From an uncultured Verrucomicrobiae bacterium (GTDB lineage Bacteria > Verrucomicrobiota > Verrucomicrobiia > Chthoniobacterales > UBA10450), in NCBI GenBank assembly GCA_963772365.1, contig CAVYXA010000001.1, positions 288,001 through 352,000 on the forward strand: a stretch of 64,000 nt of DNA, read 5' to 3'. The translations under genes and the position numbers were made by a program. Of the stretch, positions 61,064 to 64,000 are shown piece by piece. Within the stretch, counting starts at the first letter, position 1, and every line of letters starts with the position of its first letter. The notes under the pieces are model-generated. The model searched no databases, was not told where the DNA came from, and was given only the letters and a program-made list of their open reading frames with translations.

Positions 61064-62326
61064 ATGACGATTTACGACGACGAAGTTTTTAAAATGGCGT
61101 GCGACCAGTTTCAGGTCATCGCCGATTACCTCAGCATCGACAAGAACGACCGGGAATGGGCGACCTATCCCAAGCGCGCTGTCGCAGTGACGCTGCCGGT
61201 CCACATGGATGACGGCACTACCAAAGCTTTCCAGGGTTATCGAGTCCAACATCACATCGCCCTCGGACCGACCAAAGGCGGCACGCGTTTCGCGCCATCA
61301 TTGTCGATGGGTGAAACGGCTGCGCTGGCCATGTGGATGAGCTGGAAATGCGCCCTCGCCCAATTGCCTTACGGCGGAGCGAAAGGCGGCGTGGCAGTCG
61401 ATCCAACGAAATTATCGCACGCGGAGCTCGAGGCCGTATCTCGCCGCTATATGCAGGAAATGATCCCATTTGTCGGGCCGCATACCGACATCATGGGACC
61501 CGACATGGGCACGAACGAACAGATCATGTCGTGGTTCATGGATACCTATTCGGTTTACATGGGTTATGCCGTAAACGAAATCGTGACTGGGAAACCGGTT
61601 TCCATCGGCGGGACCGAAGGCAGGCGAGAATCGACCGGGCGTGGTGTGGTTTATCTAATCGAGCGCGCGATGAACATGCTGAAGATGGATCCGGAAAAGT
61701 GCACAGCTATCGTGCAGGGATTTGGGAATGTCGGTTCGGTCGCGGCGCTTTCGCTTGCGCTCAAGAGCGGAGTAAAGGTCGTCGGGATCAGCGATGCCTA
61801 CGCGGCAGTCTACAATTCAAAAGGGATCGACGTGAAGGCAGCCGAGCAACATGTGTTAAAAAAGGGGTCGCTCAAGGCTTTCGACCAGGGCGACCGTGTC
61901 GATCCAAACGAGTTGCTGACGTTACCCTGCGATATTCTGGCGCCGTGCGCGGTTGATCGCGTGATCACTGATAAGAATGCTGGAAACATCAAGTGTCGTA
62001 TTCTGGCTGAAGGAGCGAATGGGCCAACTACGCCTGCAGCGGATTTAATTCTGGATCAGCGTCCAGATGAGGTATTTGTAATTCCCGATATACTTTGCAA
62101 CGCCGGCGGCGTTATTGTCTCGTACTTCGAATGGGTCCAGGGTCTGCAAAGCTTCCTTTGGAGCGAATCCGAAGTGACCGACAAGCTCTTCCGAATTCTC
62201 GAGCACTCTTTCGCGCAGGTGATCCGGCGGGCTCGCGACCATAAAATTTCCCATCGCACGGCAGCCATGGCGATTGGTGTTGAGCGGGTGCTTAAAGCCA
62301 AGCAAATGCGCGGTTTGTTCCCATGA
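61064..62326 (+). CDS. Glu/Leu/Phe/Val (glutamate) dehydrogenase
   Basis: GPTKGG.RF, GGAKGG, VTGKP...GG, QGFGNVG, EGANGPT and NAGGV.VSYFEW motifs. Confidence 0.95.
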   Translation: MTIYDDEVFKMACDQFQVIADYLSIDKNDREWATYPKRAVAVTLPVHMDDGTTKAFQGYRVQHHIALGPTKGGTRFAPSLSMGETAALAMWMSWKCALAQLPYGGAKGGVAVDPTKLSHAELEAVSRRYMQEMIPFVGPHTDIMGPDMGTNEQIMSWFMDTYSVYMGYAVNEIVTGKPVSIGGTEGRRESTGRGVVYLIERAMNMLKMDPEKCTAIVQGFGNVGSVAALSLALKSGVKVVGISDAYAAVYNSKGIDVKAAEQHVLKKGSLKAFDQGDRVDPNELLTLPCDILAPCAVDRVITDKNAGNIKCRILAEGANGPTTPAADLILDQRPDEVFVIPDILCNAGGVIVSYFEWVQGLQSFLWSESEVTDKLFRILEHSFAQVIRRARDHKISHRTAAMAIGVERVLKAKQMRGLFP

Positions 62327-62332
62327 GCCGCG

Positions 62333-63277
62333 ATGAAGGCTTCGCATCGCGAAGATAACCGGCTAGATCGACAACTCGACGTTTTAACGGACGAGGAGAA
62401 CGGCGTGCGGATTATCGTTTCGCGTCTCGGCGCGGAGTTGATTAGCCTGGCCCGAGCGGACGAAACCGGCCAATGGACCGGTTTCCTCAATCGCGATGAT
62501 GACCTCAGCGCACCCGCGTCTGGCTGGGCGAATCACGCCACGGTAATGGGTTACTATTTGCACAGGCTAAAAAATGGCCGGAGTTCTTATCGCGGCCACG
62601 AGATCAAAGGCGGCACGCACGGTTTTCTTCGCCACAAAAAATGGAATCTGGCGGAGTGCGAAACCAACAGTGGCGCATGGCTGACCTATCGCATTACACC
62701 GCGGGATTTTTCCGAGGCCGAATATCCTTTGCGAGTCAGCCTCAATCTCACTTACAGGATCGACAACGAAAAGGTGGTCGTCACTTTTGCTTTTCGAAAT
62801 GAGGAACCGGAATTGACCGCGCACGTCGGCTTTGGGTTACACCCGGGTTTTGGCGCCACTTCTTTCGATGCTTTCCGGTTCCAAATGCCGCGGGGCCTTT
62901 ATCGCCGCTATTTTTCTCGGGAGAATTATCTCTCCGGCGAAACACGCGATATTGAGTTTTCGGGAGGCGAAATGCCGTTTCCCAAGAGTGAGCTTCCCGG
63001 GTCAGTCATCCTTCAATTGCTCGATGTTCCGCGACCTCAATTTTCGTTTGTCGATCCCCCGAGTGGTCGCTGGGTGATTGTCGATCTTAGTGGAGTGCCT
63101 TATCTCACCTTGTGGTCCGATGGCGGGCCGTTTCTCTGTATCGAGCCCTGCTGGGGCCTAACCGATCACCATCAGCAACGCGCTTTTGAAAACAAAGAGG
63201 GAATCCAAATAATCCCGCCTGCTGGTGAATTGCGAGCGTCCTTTAGCATGCTTCCGCAGTTTGCTTCCTGCGATTAG
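62333..63277 (+). CDS. Aldose 1-epimerase (galactose mutarotase-like) family protein
   Basis: GAELIS, HGFLR, G.HPGF and FLCIEPCWG motifs. Confidence 0.85.
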   Translation: MKASHREDNRLDRQLDVLTDEENGVRIIVSRLGAELISLARADETGQWTGFLNRDDDLSAPASGWANHATVMGYYLHRLKNGRSSYRGHEIKGGTHGFLRHKKWNLAECETNSGAWLTYRITPRDFSEAEYPLRVSLNLTYRIDNEKVVVTFAFRNEEPELTAHVGFGLHPGFGATSFDAFRFQMPRGLYRRYFSRENYLSGETRDIEFSGGEMPFPKSELPGSVILQLLDVPRPQFSFVDPPSGRWVIVDLSGVPYLTLWSDGGPFLCIEPCWGLTDHHQQRAFENKEGIQIIPPAGELRASFSMLPQFASCD

Positions 63278-63315
63278 AATTGCTCACTACAAGTTTCTGA
63301 TCTCTGATTGCTGAT

Positions 63316-64000
63316 ATGCGGCTGGCTACAGTCATTCCTGAAGGTAAATCTACCCCGCTGGCGGCGGTTTCGGTGGACCCGAATCGCTTTGTTAGTTTGC
63401 ATACGTTCCTGAATTTTTTCGGTCTGCGCGATCTGCCGGAGAAAGCAACTGCCCCATTGGAGGATTTTCTTCCGCCGATCATGGGCCGGTTATCTGAGCT
63501 CACCCGCAAATTGAGTGACTGGCCGGAGCATCACGTGGTCTTTCAGAAACGCGGCGGAACAACTTTCCGGGCAAAGAGACTTTTAGCGCCCATTCTTCGT
63601 CCACCCACATTGCGCGAGTTCTATGGATTTGAGCAGCATGTGCGCACGGTTCGCAATCGACATGGACTTGATATGCCACAAAGATGGTACGAGATCCCTG
63701 CATTCTATTTCTCGAATCCGAACTCGCTGATCGGCAATGATGCGGAGGTCTTCGCGCCGGCCGGTTCGAATGAATTGGATTACCAACTTGAACTCGGCGT
63801 CGTCATTGGAAAATCAGCTCGCGACATCTCTACGGAACAGGCATGGCAATGCGTGGCTGGATTTACCATTTTCAACGATTTCAGTGCCAGGGATCTGCAA
63901 CGTGCGGAAATGGAGGCAGGGCTCGGTCCCGCCAAGGGGAAAGATTTCGCTACAGCGGTCGGACCCGCTCTTGTGACTCGGGACGAATTCAGCGATAAGA
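63316..64000 (+). CDS. Fumarylacetoacetate hydrolase family protein (runs off right edge)
   Basis: Manual translation: PPTLREFYGFEQH...WYEIPAFYFSNP...LDYQLELGVVIG...NDFSARDLQ..EM...LGPAKGKDFAT. Confidence 0.9.
   Translation, partial: MRLATVIPEGKSTPLAAVSVDPNRFVSLHTFLNFFGLRDLPEKATAPLEDFLPPIMGRLSELTRKLSDWPEHHVVFQKRGGTTFRAKRLLAPILRPPTLREFYGFEQHVRTVRNRHGLDMPQRWYEIPAFYFSNPNSLIGNDAEVFAPAGSNELDYQLELGVVIGKSARDISTEQAWQCVAGFTIFNDFSARDLQRAEMEAGLGPAKGKDFATAVGPALVTRDEFSDK

Overview
This is a bacterial chromosomal window of roughly 55% GC. Gene content and ribosomal cluster layout suggest Verrucomicrobiota, probably a Spartobacteria/Chthoniobacterales soil lineage (inference). The core is an 18-kb str-S10-spc-alpha ribosomal protein cluster (rpsL to rpsD) that lacks tuf, rpsN, rpmD, rpoA and rplQ and carries an extra gene between rpsS and rplV. 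Other housekeeping loci are tgt-yajC-secDF, mqnE-mqnA, murJ and a stand-alone secretin. An actinobacterial-type (Sdh1) succinate dehydrogenase operon is split by a MarR/oxidoreductase island and by a four-helix-bundle gene. The window also holds a fluoride riboswitch-crcB locus, tRNA-Ala(GGC), a multiheme cytochrome running off the left edge and several REP/MITE-like repeats. The strongest unexplained signal is the non-palindromic 10-mer AAGATCGACA, which I found about 30 times by eye on both strands, in several reading frames and between genes. It resembles a DNA-uptake sequence. A long, G-U-rich structured leader precedes the secretin gene. About six single-base frameshifts are probably sequencing errors.
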